64,000 nucleotides of DNA. Origin: Squalus acanthias. Taxonomy: Eukaryota. The notes beneath the pieces were generated by a model, which was given only the letters and a program-made list of their open reading frames with translations, had not been told where the DNA came from and ran no database searches. This document shows, piece by piece, positions 49,931 to 62,898 of the stretch (positions are counted from its first letter, which is position 1; each line of letters opens with the position of its first letter). The translations under genes were made by a program, and so were the position numbers. The DNA is taken from positions 16,184,001 through 16,248,000 of the forward strand of contig CM059432.1 of assembly GCA_030390025.1 (NCBI GenBank), read 5' to 3'.

Positions 49931-50230
49931 TTTATTCATTTATGGGATGTGGGCATCGCTGGCAAGGCCAGCATTTATTGGCCATCCCTAGTTGCCCTTG
50001 AGAAGGTGGTGGTGAGCTGCCTTCTTGAACCGCTGCAGTCCATGTGGTGACGGTACTCCCACAGTGCTGTTTAGGTAGGCAGTTCCAGGATTTTGACCCA
50101 GCGACGATGAAGGAACGGCCGATATACTTCCAAGTCAAGATGGTGTGTGACTTGGAGGGGAACTTGGAGGTGGTGGTGTTCCCATGCGCCTGCTGTCCTT
50201 GTCCTTCTAGGTGGTAGAGGTCACGGGATT
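49931..50230 (-). mobile_element. LINE family B 3' end
   Basis: Reverse complement of 29640-29930. Confidence 0.9.
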
Positions 50231-50344
50231 GGTTTATCCATTAAATAACAATTCCGAACATTAGAGATACTGGCCAACAGTATATTTTACCCTGGCAAAA
50301 GTCCGCCGACCGTTTCACAGTATTAAATCGAAATACTTCCCCGC

Positions 50345-50720
50345 CCCCGTGGATCAGTGAGTCTATCCTGTAAATAGCTGAGCCGCACAGACCAGGAAGA
50401 TCCCTCATTTAGTCTGTTTTGAACACGCTGATCTCGGGCAGCAGTAGGAGTGCTCAGCAGCCCTGGGTTAGGAAGGGGAAAATTCACTGGGGTATTTTTG
50501 GTGCTCATCACCGTCCAGTGACCTCAGCAGGAAAGTACGTCTGTGTAGACACTGTGTGAAGGCGAGATTGCGCTCGACTGAGGTGCCTAATGTGGTCAAA
50601 TAGCCCGATGTTACTCACAGTCACGGCTCATACATGAGTAATGAGTGCTTGGCTGAGGTGCCAGAGCGTGAGTGGAGCATATGCCAGCAAGCTTTCGACA
50701 TCTTCGGAAGAAGAGGAAAG
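50345..50720 (+). mobile_element. LF-SINE-like element, near full length, diverged
   Basis: CTGAGCC..ACAGACCAGGAAG, GCTGATCTC, CCCTGGGTTAGGAAGGGGAAAA, TCCAGTGACC, GGTCAAATAGCC in LF-SINE order. Confidence 0.7.
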
Positions 50721-51245
50721 AATGATGATAAAACAAACTGATGCTGATGTAGAGGAATGTTATTGACTTTTAACCACAGAGAAAACCACCTCTTCTTCAA
50801 CCCTGATCTGTTCATTATCACATGAATGGGGTTCAGTACAGTGCAGTAACCCTTTACTAGAGCACTCTCTCATGTATATCTTTTCAGAAGAAAAACTTCT
50901 TCATAACAGCTTTGTAAAGGTGACCTTTTTTCTGCTGGGTGGGCCCACAACCTTAGTCAGGGTCTCCTGCCAAGGTATTTCCTAATTGGAGGTGGGAGAT
51001 TTTTATTTGAATTCAACACTAGCACTAATCTTTTATATTCACATCGCAGTTCCTGCCAGCGGGGAAAGTGAGTACTATGACTGAGCCGAGAGCATTAAGT
51101 ACTGTACAGAGTTTACGTGCAACTAACAAAACACCCATCACCACCTTTCTAATTGTAGGGAAAATATATAGCTGAGAACAGATAAGTACATAAAAAAAAG
51201 TAAAAGGAAGAGAAAGACGGTTTATTGAAACTCATAGGAAAAAGA

Positions 51246-51680
51246 AAAAAGAAAGACTTGCATTTATATAGCGCCTTTCATGACCACCGCTTTACAATGA
51301 AGTACAGTCACTGTTGTAATGTAGGAAATGCAGGCAGCTAATTTGCGCACAGCAAGCTCCCACAAACAGCAATGCAATGATGACCAGATCATCTGTTTTA
51401 GAGTGAGGGATAAATATTGGCCAGGACACCAGGGATAACTCCACTTGCTCTTCTTTGAAATAGTGCCATGGGATCTTTCACATCCACCTGAGCGAGCAGA
51501 CGGGGCCTCGGTTTAACGTCTCATCCAAAGGACGGTACCTCTGACAGTGCAGCACTCCCTCAGCACTGCACCGGAGTGTCAGCCTAGATTTTTGTACTCT
51601 TGTCTCTGGGGTGGGACTTGAACCCACAATCCTTCATGACTCAGAGGCCCGAGTGCTACCCACTGAGCCACAGCTGACAC
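51246..51680 (-). mobile_element. full-length Deu-type SINE
   Basis: Reverse complement of the 44316 copy, including A/B boxes. Confidence 0.88.
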
Positions 51681-51831
51681 TGTCATAGGTAGGAAGATAG
51701 GAATGTATAGAACAAGAAAGAACGTTCAACCTATCAGCCTGTTCCTTTCACAGCATGTGTATAATTTGTCCCATCAAGGACTATCACAATCTAGTTAATC
51801 TCCTGAGATACCCGACCAGGCGGGAAACTAT

Positions 51832-52592
51832 GGCCCAGAAATTCGCCTCTCCGGCTTGCCACGGGGGTAAGGATCGCGCGCGCTCTTACCTACCGCGCCT
51901 GCCGTTGTGTTTTGGGCCCACAGGAACTTCAGCTCCTGGTCCTGCTCCAAGTGCCGGCGCGCAGTGCTTGCGTGTCCCAGGGGCGCAGTTAGTGCGATGC
52001 GTCCCCTGGGATCACGTGGGCCATGGAGAGCCAATGGCAGCAGACCATTTTTCATTCATAGATTTGACAGGAGACCTGTCAAATCTGTGAATTGAAATCG
52101 GCCCCAAAAGAACAGCTAAACTTAAAATAATTTTTTTTAAAAACCATCACATTTATAAAATAACTATAGTTAAATAAATTAACCACTTTAAACAAAAATT
52201 TAAATTTTTGAAAAAATTAAAATACTTTTTAAAAGTGATAAATTAAACTTACCTTTCTTTAAAGTATCTAAAAAAGATAAAACTGTTGAAAAAAATTTAA
52301 ATTATACTTAATTAACCACTTACCTTGTTGAAAACGGGTCTTGCGCCTCCTTTTTAATAGCGTAGTTTCTTCAATACTTACCCTCGCGTAGAAACCTGAA
52401 AAAAATCTAAGTTTGCTGCGTGCGCGCAGCCTCTCCCGCGCACACGGTTCACCTAGGAACCGCCCCCTTCACCATACCGGAAGTTCCGGTTTCTCGCGCA
52501 TGCGCAGTGCATGCAGGAAACCGGCACTTCGGGACACATTACGGGTGAGTACGGACTATGTACTCACCCGGGAAGGGCCGAATTTTTGGCCC
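51832..52592. mobile_element. MITE-like DNA transposon, AT-rich core (family of 55498)
   Basis: TIR GGCCCAGAAATTCG / CGAATTTTTGGCCC, TSD TAT. Confidence 0.85.
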
Positions 52593-53099
52593 TATAAATA
52601 GGTAAAGCTCTGTGAAATTTCTTCCTCATGTCCAAAGGTATTGAAGTAAAACTCCTGGATATTAATCCAACCTTACAACCCACAATACTTAACTCTATAC
52701 TGTTGATTTTCTCATTAACATATGCCACCAACATAGGAGCCATCCTATTCCATAAGGAAATCGCTGAGTAGTCACATGTGCAACTACAGGGAGACCGTTT
52801 TATCCACATGCATTAATTTTATAGAAAATGCCTTCCACACAATACAGGCAAATTTACTTAACAAACATCTACCACCATTCAGTGAAACACTTTGCAATCT
52901 TTCTCTTTCACCAAAGTTTGGATTTGGGGCATGAATTTATCAGAGCCAGCACATCTCAGTGCGGTTTCTCGCTTTTTCTCCAGCAGTGGCGAGCGGTACT
53001 TTGACTTCATCAGAGTGCTTGCTGAGAATGTTAACGCGCACAGTGAGACCCCCACCAGGCCCATCCCTGCTCTCCGTCCAGACCACGGTTGGATGCTGC

Positions 53100-53305
53100 T
53101 TGTCCGTTGCCATGGTGAGCCCTGTTGGAGCTGCTCGCTATTGGTTGGGCTGATTCCTCCTGCTGGCCTGGAGCGGTTATTCTGATTGGTCGAGCTGACC
53201 ACAGTGACCGCTCCCTTCTCCATTCCATGTTGCTGGTGTTTCCACGGTGCTGAAGTCCAGAGTTTTCACCCGTGTTACGCACCATTTTAGCACACAACCA
53301 ATAAG
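53100..53305. promoter_or_regulatory. candidate promoter or enhancer: three CCAAT boxes and an RFX half-site
   Basis: ATTGG at 53140 and 53185, CCAAT at 53298, GTTGCCATGG at 53106, in unique CpG-containing sequence. Confidence 0.35.
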
Positions 53306-53711
53306 CAGGAACCAAGGAAGTAAAGCACACACAACGATCAAAATACTCACACTTTTTGGTCTTACCATTTTACCGACAAATACACAAAAAGGTTAAAGTA
53401 GACTTGCATGCGCCGTGCAAATATAAGAATCGAGATCACATCCCTAATGAGGGAGCTTATTATTCAATTTTTATTTACTAATCAAAAATACAATTAGCCA
53501 AATCTGAATGCCTAATGGGCCACATGTGGGTACTGTTTAATGTATTGAACAACACTGATCCACCGCCATTCACGACTGGATGTGGCAGGACTGTAGAGCT
53601 TTCACCTGATTCATTGGTTGTGAGATCGCTTAGCTCTGTCTATAGCATGCTGCTTTCATTGTTTAACATGCATGTAGTTCTGTCTTGTAGCTTCACTGGG
53701 TTATAGAGGGG

Positions 53712-54561
53712 CAACCTGCTCCCGCCACACAGTACTGCCCCCCGATTATCAAAATCCATGACAAGGCCTTGGACAACGTGACCACTTTCCATACCTCGGG
53801 AGCCTACTGTCAACAAGGGCAGACGTCGATGACGAAGTCCAACACCGCCTTCAGTGTGCCAGTGCAGCCTTCGGTCGCCTGAGGAAGAGAGTGTTTGAAG
53901 ACCAGGACCTCAAACCCGGCACCAAGCTCATGGTCTACACAGCAGTAGTAATACCTGCCCTCCTGTATGCCTCAGAGACATGGACCATGTACAGCAGGCA
54001 CCTCAAAGCACTGGAGAGGTACCACCAACGCTGCCTCCGCAAGATCCTGCAAATCCATTGGCAGGATAGGCGCACTAACGTCAGTGTTCTTGCTCAGGCC
54101 AACATCCCCAGCATCGAAGCTTTGACCACGCTCGATCAGCTCCGATGGACGGGTCACATCGTCCACATGCCCGATACGAGACTCCCAAAACAAGTGCTCT
54201 ACTCGGAGCTCCAACACGGCAAGAGAGCCCCAGGTGGGCAGAGGAAACGCTTCAAGGACACCCTCAAAGCCTCCTTGAAAAAGTGCAACATCCCCACCGA
54301 CACCTGGGAATCCCTGGCCCAAGACCGTACAAAGTGGAGGAGAAGCATCAGGGAAGGCGCCGAACACCTCGAGTCTCTTCGCCGGGAGCAAGCGGAAGCC
54401 AAGCGCAAACAGCACGTCAACCCAAGCACCCCACCCACCCGCCCCATCAACCACAGTCTGCCCCACCTGTGACAGAGACTGTAGGTCCCGCATTGGACTC
54501 ATCAGTCACCTGTGGAAGCAAGTCATCTTCGGTTCCGAGGGACTACCTAAGAAGAAAGAAG
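53712..54561 (+). mobile_element. RTE-clade LINE 3' fragment
   Basis: Same family as 31196; (GAA)n tail. Confidence 0.92.
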
Positions 54562-54562
54562 A

Positions 54563-56743
54563 GAGTCATAGTCATAGAGTTATACAGCACAGAAAGAGGC
54601 CCTTCGGCCCATCGTGTCCGCGCCAGCCATCAAGCCCTATCTATTCTAATCCCATTTTCCAGCATTTGGTCGGTAGCCTTGTATGCTATGGCGTTTCAAG
54701 TGCTCATCTAAATGCTTCTTGAATGTTGTGAGGGTTCCTGCCTCTACCACCCTTTCAGGCAGTGAGTTCCAGATTCCAACCACCCTCTGGGTGAAAAAGT
54801 TTTTCCTCAAATCCCCTCTAAACCTCCTGCCCCTTACCTTGAAACTATGCCCCCTGGTTATTGACCCCTCTACTAAGGGGAAAAGTTCCTTTCTATCTAC
54901 CCTATCTATGCCCCTCATAATTTTGTACACCTCAATCAGGTCCCCCCTCAGCCTTCTCTGCTCTAAGGAAAACAACCCCAGCCTGTCCAGTCTCTCTTCA
55001 TAGCTGAAGCGCTCCAGCCCAGGTAACATCCTGGTGAATCTCCTCTGCACCCTCTCCAATGCAATCACATCCTTCCTATAGTGTGGCGACCAGAACTGCA
55101 CACAGTATTCCAGCTGTGGCCTAACTAGCGTTTTGTACAGCTCCATCATAACCTCCCTGCTCTTATATTCTATGCCTCGGCTAATGAAGGCAAGTATCCC
55201 ATATGCCTTTTTAACCACCTTATCTACCTGTCCTGCTGCCTTCAGGGATCCATGTACATGCACACCAAGGTTCCTCTGATCCTCTGTCCTTCCTAGGGTC
55301 CTACCATTCATTGTGTATTCCCTTGCCTTGTTAGTCCTCCCAAAATGCATCACCTCACACTTTTCAGGGTTAAATTCCATTTGCCACTGTTCTGCCCATC
55401 TGACCAACCCGTCTATATCGTTCTGTAGCCTGAGGCTTCCCTCCTCGCTATTTACCACTCCACCAATTTTCGTGTCATCTGCGAACTTACTGATCATGGC
55501 CCAAAAATTCGTGAGGAAGCCTTCGTGCGAGGGTAAGGCCTCCCCGCGATCTCTCACTGCGCGTTGGCTTTTTCAGTTCCAGCTCGCACGAACTTGATGT
55601 TCTGGACAGCTGCTGTGCTGGGCTTGCGTATCCCACAGGCGTAGTTAATTCGTGCGAGCTGTGGGATCACGTGACTCAGTTAGAGCCAATGGCAGCACAC
55701 CATCTTCCATTCATAACTTTCACATAAGTGCTGTGAAAGCTATGAATACTATAGCCCCCAAAAGAACCGCTAAACCTCAATTAAATTTTTTTTTAAAACC
55801 ATCACATTAATAAAATAAGTATAGTTAAATAAATTAACCATTTTAAATAAAAAATTAAATTTTTGAAAAAATTTAAAATCTTTTAAAAAGTTATAAAAAT
55901 AAACTTACCTGTCTTTAAAGTCTCTAAAAAAGATATACCTGTTAAAAAAAATTCAAAATAATACTTAATTCACTACTTACCTTGTTAAAAGTGGGTCTTA
56001 CTCCTCCTTTTTTTATGTGTAGAATCTTCCGTACTTACCTGCGCGTTGAAACCACTAAGTGCACTGCATGCGCGCAGCCTGTAGCGCGCACGCGGTTCAC
56101 CTAGGACCCGCCGCCTTTTCCATTCACCAAGTGCCGGTTTTCAGCGCATGCACAGTGCATGCAGAAAACCGGCAATTGGAGACAGAATACGCGAGAGTAC
56201 GCAGTGCGTACTCTCGCGTAGCGGCACTAATTTTTGAGCCCATATCTCCTACATTCATATCTAAATCATTAATGTACACTACAAACAGCAAAGGACCCAG
56301 CACCGATCCCTGCGGTACACCACTGGACACAGGCTTCCAGTCACAAAAACAACCTTTGACCATCACCCTCTGCCTCCTGCCACTAAGCCAATTTTGGATC
56401 CAATGTGCCAAATTGCCCTGGATCCCATGGGCTCTTACCTTCTTGACCAGTCTCCCATGCAGGACTTTGTCAAAAGCCTTACTGAAGTCCATGTAGCCTA
56501 CATCAACTGCACTACCCTCATCCACACACCTAGTCACCCCCTCGAAAAATTCAATCAAATTGGTTAGACATGATCTCCCCCTGACAAAGCCATGCTGACT
56601 ATCCTTGATTAATCCTTGCCTCTCCAAGTGGAGACTAATTCTGTCACTCAGAATTTTTTCCAATAATTTCCCTACCACTGATGTTAGGCTCACTGGCCTG
56701 TAATTCCCTGGTTTATCCCTACTACCCTTCTTGAATAAAGGTA
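54563..56743 (-). mobile_element. 5'-truncated CR1 of the same subfamily as the full-length copy, interrupted by a MITE
   Basis: Near-identical to the reverse complement of 17515-18947; RT frames 54646-55497 and 56244-56743. Confidence 0.95.
55498..56240. mobile_element. MITE-like DNA transposon inserted in CR1
   Basis: TIR GGCCCAAAAATTCGTG / CACTAATTTTTGAGCC; TSD CAT confirmed against the uninterrupted CR1 at 18001-18030. Confidence 0.92.
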
Positions 56744-56799
56744 AGCACCTCATTTTCAGGTACACCTGGTACTGCTCCCATTATACTCTTCTAAACTCC

Positions 56800-57450
56800 T
56801 CATTGAACTAGGGTTGGCCATCTTGCTTGAACATGATGGAGGAGTGAGTGCTATGCCGGACCATGAGGTTACAGATTGTAGTGGTATACAATTCTGTTGC
56901 TTCTGCTGATGGCCCACAGTCCCTCATGGATGTTTGGTTTTGAGATGCTAGATCTGTTCTTAATCTATCCCACTTAGCACAGTGGTAGTGCCAACATGAT
57001 ACAATTGGGGTTGTCCTCAGTGTGAAGATGGGACTTTGTCTCCACAAAGACTGTGCAGGGGTCAGTCCTACAAATGTTGTCTTGGACAGATGCATCCGCG
57101 ACAGGTAGATTGGTGAGGATGAGATCAAGAAGGTTGTTTCCTCATGTTGGTTCTCTCACCATCTGCTGCAAGCCCAGCCGGGTAGCTATGTCCTTCAGGA
57201 CTCAGCCAGCTCCGTCAGTGGTGGTAGTAGAGAGTCACTCTTGGTGATGGCTATTGACGTCCTCCACCCAGAGTACATTCTGTTCCCTTGCTACCATCAA
57301 TGCTTCCTCCAAGTGGTGTTCAACATGGAGGAATACTGATTCATTAGTTGAGACAGTGCAGTAGGTGGTAATCAGCAGGAGGTTTCCTTCCCCATGTTTG
57401 ACTAAAACCACAAGACTTAATGGGGTTCGGAGTCAATGTTGAGGACTCCC
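56800..57450 (-). mobile_element. diverged LINE endonuclease-region fragment (probably family B)
   Basis: WHYHCAKWDRLRTDLA...YTTTICNLM on the minus strand. Confidence 0.65.
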
Positions 57451-57483
57451 AGGGCCACACCTTTGGTGGGTTTGTCCTGCCGG

Positions 57484-59978
57484 TGGGACTGAATAGGATA
57501 ACTAAGGAAAGAGAAGGGCCTATTAGAGACCAAAAAGGTAACCTATGTGTCGAGGCGGAAGACAAGGGTATGGTTCTTAATGAATACTTCACAGAAGAAA
57601 GGGACGATGCAGACATTGTAGTTAAGGAGGAGGAGTGTGAAATATTAGATGGGATAAACATAGAGAGAGAGGAAGTAGTAAGAGGTTTAGCATCATTGAA
57701 AGTAGAACAGCAAAGGGTCAGAAAACAGATAGTAAGAGCTACAAAAAGGGAGTATGAAAAGAAACTTGCAAGGATATCAAAATCAACACAAAATTTTATT
57801 ACAATTATATTAGGAAAAAGAGGGTAGTCAGGAGCAATGTTGGCCCCTTTAAAACTGTAATATTATCAATGATAATAAGGAAATGGCGAACATGTTGAAT
57901 AATTACTTTGCGTCAGTATTTACAGTAGAGGAAGAGGATTGCATGCCAGAAATCCCAAGGAAACTAATACTGAATCAGAGACAGGGACTCAATAAAATTA
58001 ATGTAAGTAAAATAACAGTAAAGAGTGGCAAATCCCCAGGACCAGATAGTTTCCATTCCAGGGTTTTAAAGGAAGTAGGTGAGCACATTGCAGATGCCCT
58101 AACTATAATCTTCCAAAGTTCTCTCGATTCAGGAACCGTTCCTTTAGATTGGAAAATTGCGCATGTCACTCCGCTATTTAAAAATGGTGAGAGCGGGAAA
58201 CCAGGGAATTATAGACCAGTTAGCCTAACATCTGTTGTCGGGAAATTGCTAGAGTCTATAATTAAGGATAGGGTGACTGAACACTTCGAAAATTTTCAGT
58301 TGATCATAACATAAGAACATAAGAACATAAGAAATAGGAGTAGGAGTAGGCCAATTGGCCCCTCGAGCCTGCTCCGCCATTCAATAAGATCATGGCTGAT
58401 CTGCTCCTAACCGCCAATCTACTATCACAGAACCATCTCCTGAACCTAACAGAATTGGACACACGAAATAGGAGCAGGATCAGGCTACACGGCCCCTGGG
58501 CCTGCTATGCTACCCACAGGGCCATGACCAATCCGAACCTAGACTCATGTCCAAATTCCTGCCCGCTCCCCGTAACCCTTAATTCCCTTTACTTCTAGGA
58601 AACTGTCTATTTCTGTTTTAAATTTATGTAATGATGTAGCTTCTACAGCTTTTTGGGGCAGCATATTCCATGGACCTACCACCCTCTGAGTGAAATAGTT
58701 CCTTCTCATCTCAGTTTTGAAAGAACAGCCCCTTATTCTAAGACTATGCCCCCTAGTTCTAGTTTCACCCATCATCGGGAACATCCTCCCCGCATCCACC
58801 CAATCCAATCCCTTCACAATCTTATATGTTTCAATAAGATCGCCTCTCATTCTTCTGAACTCCAATGAGTAGAGTCCCAATCTACCCAACCTCTCCTCAT
58901 ATGTCCATCCCCTCATCCCCGGGATTAACCGAGTGAACCTTCTTTGTACTGACTCGACAGCAAGTATGTCTTTTCTTAAGTATGGACACCAAAACTGTAT
59001 GCAGTATTCCAGGTGCGGTCTCACCAATACCTTGTACAACTGAAGCAATACCTCCCTATTTTTATATTCTATCCCCTTATCAATGAAAGCCAACATTCCA
59101 TTGGCCTTCTTAATCACTTGCTGCACCTGCATACTAACCTTTTGAGTTTCGTGCACCAGGACCCCCAGATCCCTTTGTACTTCAGTACTTTCCAGTTTCT
59201 TGCCATTTAGATAATAACTTGCTCTACTATTTTTCCTGCCAAAGTGCATAACCTCACACTTTCCAATATTGTATTCCATCTGCCAAATCTCTGCCCACTT
59301 ACTTAGCCTGTCTATGATCAGGGAGAGCCAGCATGGATTTGTGAAATGTAGGTCATGCCTGACAAACCTAATTGAATTTTTTGAGGTGGTGACTAAAGTA
59401 GTGGACAGGGGAATGTCTATGGATGTTATTTATATGGACTTCCAGAAGGCATTTGATAAAGTCCCACATAAGAGACTGTTAACTAAGGTAGAAGTCCACT
59501 GAATTGAGGGCATATTATTGACCTCGTTAGGAAATTGGTTGAGCGGCAGGAGACAGGCAGTAGGGATAATAGGTAGGTACTCAAATTGGCAGGAGGTGAC
59601 TAGTGGTGTCCTGCCAGGGATCTGTTTTGAGGCCTCAACTATTCACAGTATTTATTAACGACTTAGATGATTGCATTGAAAGTCATTTAGCCAAATTTGC
59701 TGATGACACAAAGATAGGTGGCATTGTAGGCAATGATTTTTCACCCAGAGGGTGGTAGGGGTCTGGAACTCACTGCCCGAAAGGGTGGTAGAGGCAGAAA
59801 TCCTCATCACATTTAAAAAGTACTTGGATATGCACTAGAAGTGCTGTAACCTGCAAGGCTACGGACCAAGAGCTGGAAAGTGTGATTAGGCTGGATAGCT
59901 CTTTTTCGACCGGCGCAGACACAATGGGCCGGATGGCCTCCTTCTGTGCCGTAAATTTCTATGATTCTGTGATTCTAT
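57484..59978 (+). mobile_element. patchwork of CR1 fragments (host of the nested copy at 58307)
   Basis: NNYFASVFT, KSPGPD, NYRPVSLTS, then QHGF/KAFDKVPH after the insertion, FADD, and an ATTCTATG tail at 59960. Confidence 0.85.
58307..59314 (-). mobile_element. CR1 3' fragment (same subfamily as 24435)
   Basis: TGATCA duplicated at 58301-58306 and 59315-59320; open 244-aa frame. Confidence 0.93.
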
Positions 59979-60229
59979 AATGTACTCAAGGATGGTGATA
60001 GTTGAGTCGGGGACAGTGATATGATAGATATGATTCTGTGATTTTATGTCAGGCTGTTGCTTGACCAGTCTCTGGGCTGGCTCTGCCAACTTTGGCACCA
60101 GTCCCCAGATGTTAGTGAGGAGGACTTTGCAGGGTCACGTGGGCTGGCTGTGCTTTGTCGGGTCCTGATTCGTTGTCTTGGTCGCAGCCGACCGCCCGGT
60201 TTATTTTTTGGTTACTCTTTGTAGTGGTT

Positions 60230-60480
60230 TAATAGTCAACTACGTTGGTGTGGAACTGCAGTCACATATGGGCCGGATCAGATTTCCTTCCATAAAGGAC
60301 ACTAGTGAAACATCTGGGATTTAAAACAATCTGTTAGATTTTTATTTCCAAATTTTTTTTTTTTAATTACATTCAACTTCTCAAACTACCATGGTGGTAT
60401 TATGAGCTCACATTGTCTGGATTAACTGGTCCAGGCCTCTGGATTCACTAGTCCAGTAACATTACCACTGCACTACCGTA
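60230..60480 (-). mobile_element. diverged tRNA-headed SINE (5' part of the family at 19576)
   Basis: Reverse complement starts CGGTAGTGCAGTGGTAATGTTACTGGACTAG; AGTCAAC..TGTGG..AGTCACATAT shared with 19705-19745. Confidence 0.65.
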
Positions 60481-61024
60481 ACCCTTCAACCTCCTTTCGA
60501 ACATTACCAATGCTGATTATAGGCCTTACCTGGCCAGATAGCTTGTTATCCTCAGGTAATTTTATCACATTACTGGAAGTACTCTCCTCTGAACTGGTTA
60601 TAAATCGTACATGAAACCTAGAACAGACCCTTGTGGAGTTCCACTCCTCACTGCCAGACCCACCCTTTCCCAACTCCAGACATTCCTTTTCCCAATTATC
60701 ATCACCTTCTTTTGCCAAACCGATTTTTAATTCAGCTAGTTAATTGGCCATTCTCCCTACATTTAAAGCAGAACTTTATCAATGACTTCTGAAAATCTGA
60801 GTAAATTATAATCATTAGCGAAACCTCATCTTATTCATTTAGCCCAGTTTCTCAAGGAAATCCGGCAATTTGTGCGACATGATCCGTTGCTTCTAAAATC
60901 ATACTTCTCTGCCCTTGAGCAGAGGCCAACCTTTCAAAGCTTAAGAGCCAGGAAAAAAAAAGAGATTGCATGCTGGCAAAGAGCCACCATTTTAATTATA
61001 GTATACTCATTGATTGCTGTGCGC

Positions 61025-61355
61025 TCGTCTTTCGGACAAGACATTAAACCAAGGCCCCGTCTGCCCTCTCAGGTGGACATAAAAGATCCCATGGCACTAT
61101 TTGAAGAAGATCAGGAGGGTTCTCCCCGGTGCCCTGGCCAACATTTATCCCTCAACCAACAGCACTAAAACCAGATTATCTGGTCATTATCACATTGCTG
61201 TTTGTGGGAGCTTGCTGTGTGAAAATTGGCTGCCGCGTTTCCTACATTACAGCAGTGACTGCACTGCAAAAAGTACTTCATAGGCTGCAAAGCGCTTTGG
61301 GACATCCTGAGGTTGTGAAAGGCGCTATATAAATGCAGGTTCTTTTTCTTTCTTT
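61025..61355 (+). mobile_element. Deu-type SINE, 5'-truncated
   Basis: Matches the 3' two-thirds of the 37981 copy. Confidence 0.85.
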
Positions 61356-61414
61356 CTAGCTCAGCATCACTCTGCACTCATAGTTATCTTTCATTCTCTG
61401 GCGGTGGAGTCATT

Positions 61415-61496
61415 GGGCTGGATTTTCATTGACCCGTGGTTCTATAATACCATTTTGAAATGCCTTTGTGATTTTAACCCTTGTTCTACATGAAGC

Positions 61497-61545
<49 letters not shown>

Positions 61546-61817
61546 TCTCTCTCTGAGCTGCTGCTCATTTTGCATCCAGGTCCTCTCACAGCAAAGGCCA
61601 GGCAGTCTCTTACCTGCAATGCAGGAGCAATGATGACATCATCAGAGGCGACTTTCAGACTGAAACCACTAATTGGTTCATGGGTTCCCACATGCTGGAA
61701 CTCAATTGCCCAATTAGGTGAAAATTGCATCAATCTCCCACATCCAATTGCAGTCGGGTGGATAACACGAAATGCGGATGACACGACCCCAACCCGCCCC
61801 GTATCAAAATCCAGCCC
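61415..61817. mobile_element. MITE with internal (CT)n microsatellite, inserted in a CR1 3' end
   Basis: Perfect 12-bp TIR GGGCTGGATTTT, TSD ATT; flanks rejoin as CR1-type GAGTCATTGAATATATTCAAGG. Confidence 0.9.
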
Positions 61818-61997
61818 ATTGAATATATTCAAGGCAGAGATAGACATATATTTGAGCTACAGGGGAGTCAAGGGTTATGGGGAGCGGGCGGGAAAGTTGC
61901 GTTGAGGCCAAGATCAGACCAGCCATGATCTTACTGAATGGCGGGGCAGCCTCGAGGGGCCGAATGGACTACTCCTGCTCCTATTTCTTATGTTTCA
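61818..61997 (+). mobile_element. CR1 3' end
   Basis: FKAEID...KGYGERAGK and 3' hairpin region. Confidence 0.85.
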
Positions 61998-62898
61998 ATG
62001 ACAGAATCAATCTGTCGCTTGTGTTGCACTCTATTATGTGTGTGTGGAATTAAACTAGTAAATTCAGTCAGGTGGACCACAGAATCATTGGTGTGGGAAA
62101 TGGAAATGTCACGCTGGAATCAGTAGAGGTGCTCTTCTAAGGTAGGGGAGAGTAGAGGAAGCTTCACTCTGGATGTGGCCCGGACGATATCTGAGCTGGG
62201 ATAGTGAATCCAAAGGCATAAAATATTCCACTCTCCAGCACTGATATATTTTACCTCAATAGCTCAAAACGTCACCACTTCCACTAAACAGTAAGTTAAA
62301 TTTTAAAAGAATTTTTGAGTGGTTACATTTTTTTCTGTACACTATACTATTAAGTCACCATAATACGTGCTGTCACTAGGGTGTACTGCGGAAACAATGC
62401 CAAAGGCATAAATGAGTAAGTACGTGAACAAACTGTTCTCGAGCTGCCTCGAGTACAAACTTAATGGTGGTAAGGAAAGGAGCTAATGGTAATCATTGTG
62501 CCTATAAAGGTGTCCCTCAAGTAAAAATTAGAAGCTCATGAATACTTTAATGAGGAATTGATCTATATAGTTGGTAAGTACCATGGCATCCGTTGAATGT
62601 AGTGGCAATAGAGCTTAAAAATAATTGTATATAACATTTTCTTTTAATTTTATTGTTATAATTTACATGACATTTAACAGTCATAAATAATCTAAGTGAG
62701 TTTTACTGCAGTACATCCCCTGATATAGAATCCATGGCTTACAGCTGGCACTCCAACCGAGAAATAATATGAAACATTCAGACTGCCAGGACCAACAGGC
62801 CTTCATTAACGCCACTGCCTCCTCCTCAACTATTATGTAATTGCACACATTGTACATCATTGGCAGGAACCTTCCATTTAATTCAGCTGCTCAAAGCA

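Noticed and set aside
53177..53368. 63-aa ORF with a signal-anchor-like N-terminus
   Set aside because: Short, no recognisable domain and no supporting splice structure; kept only within the promoter-candidate finding.
55498..55557. N-terminus of the 303-aa ORF (and C-terminus of the 213-aa ORF 56124-56765)
   Set aside because: Read-through into the inserted MITE, not real coding sequence.
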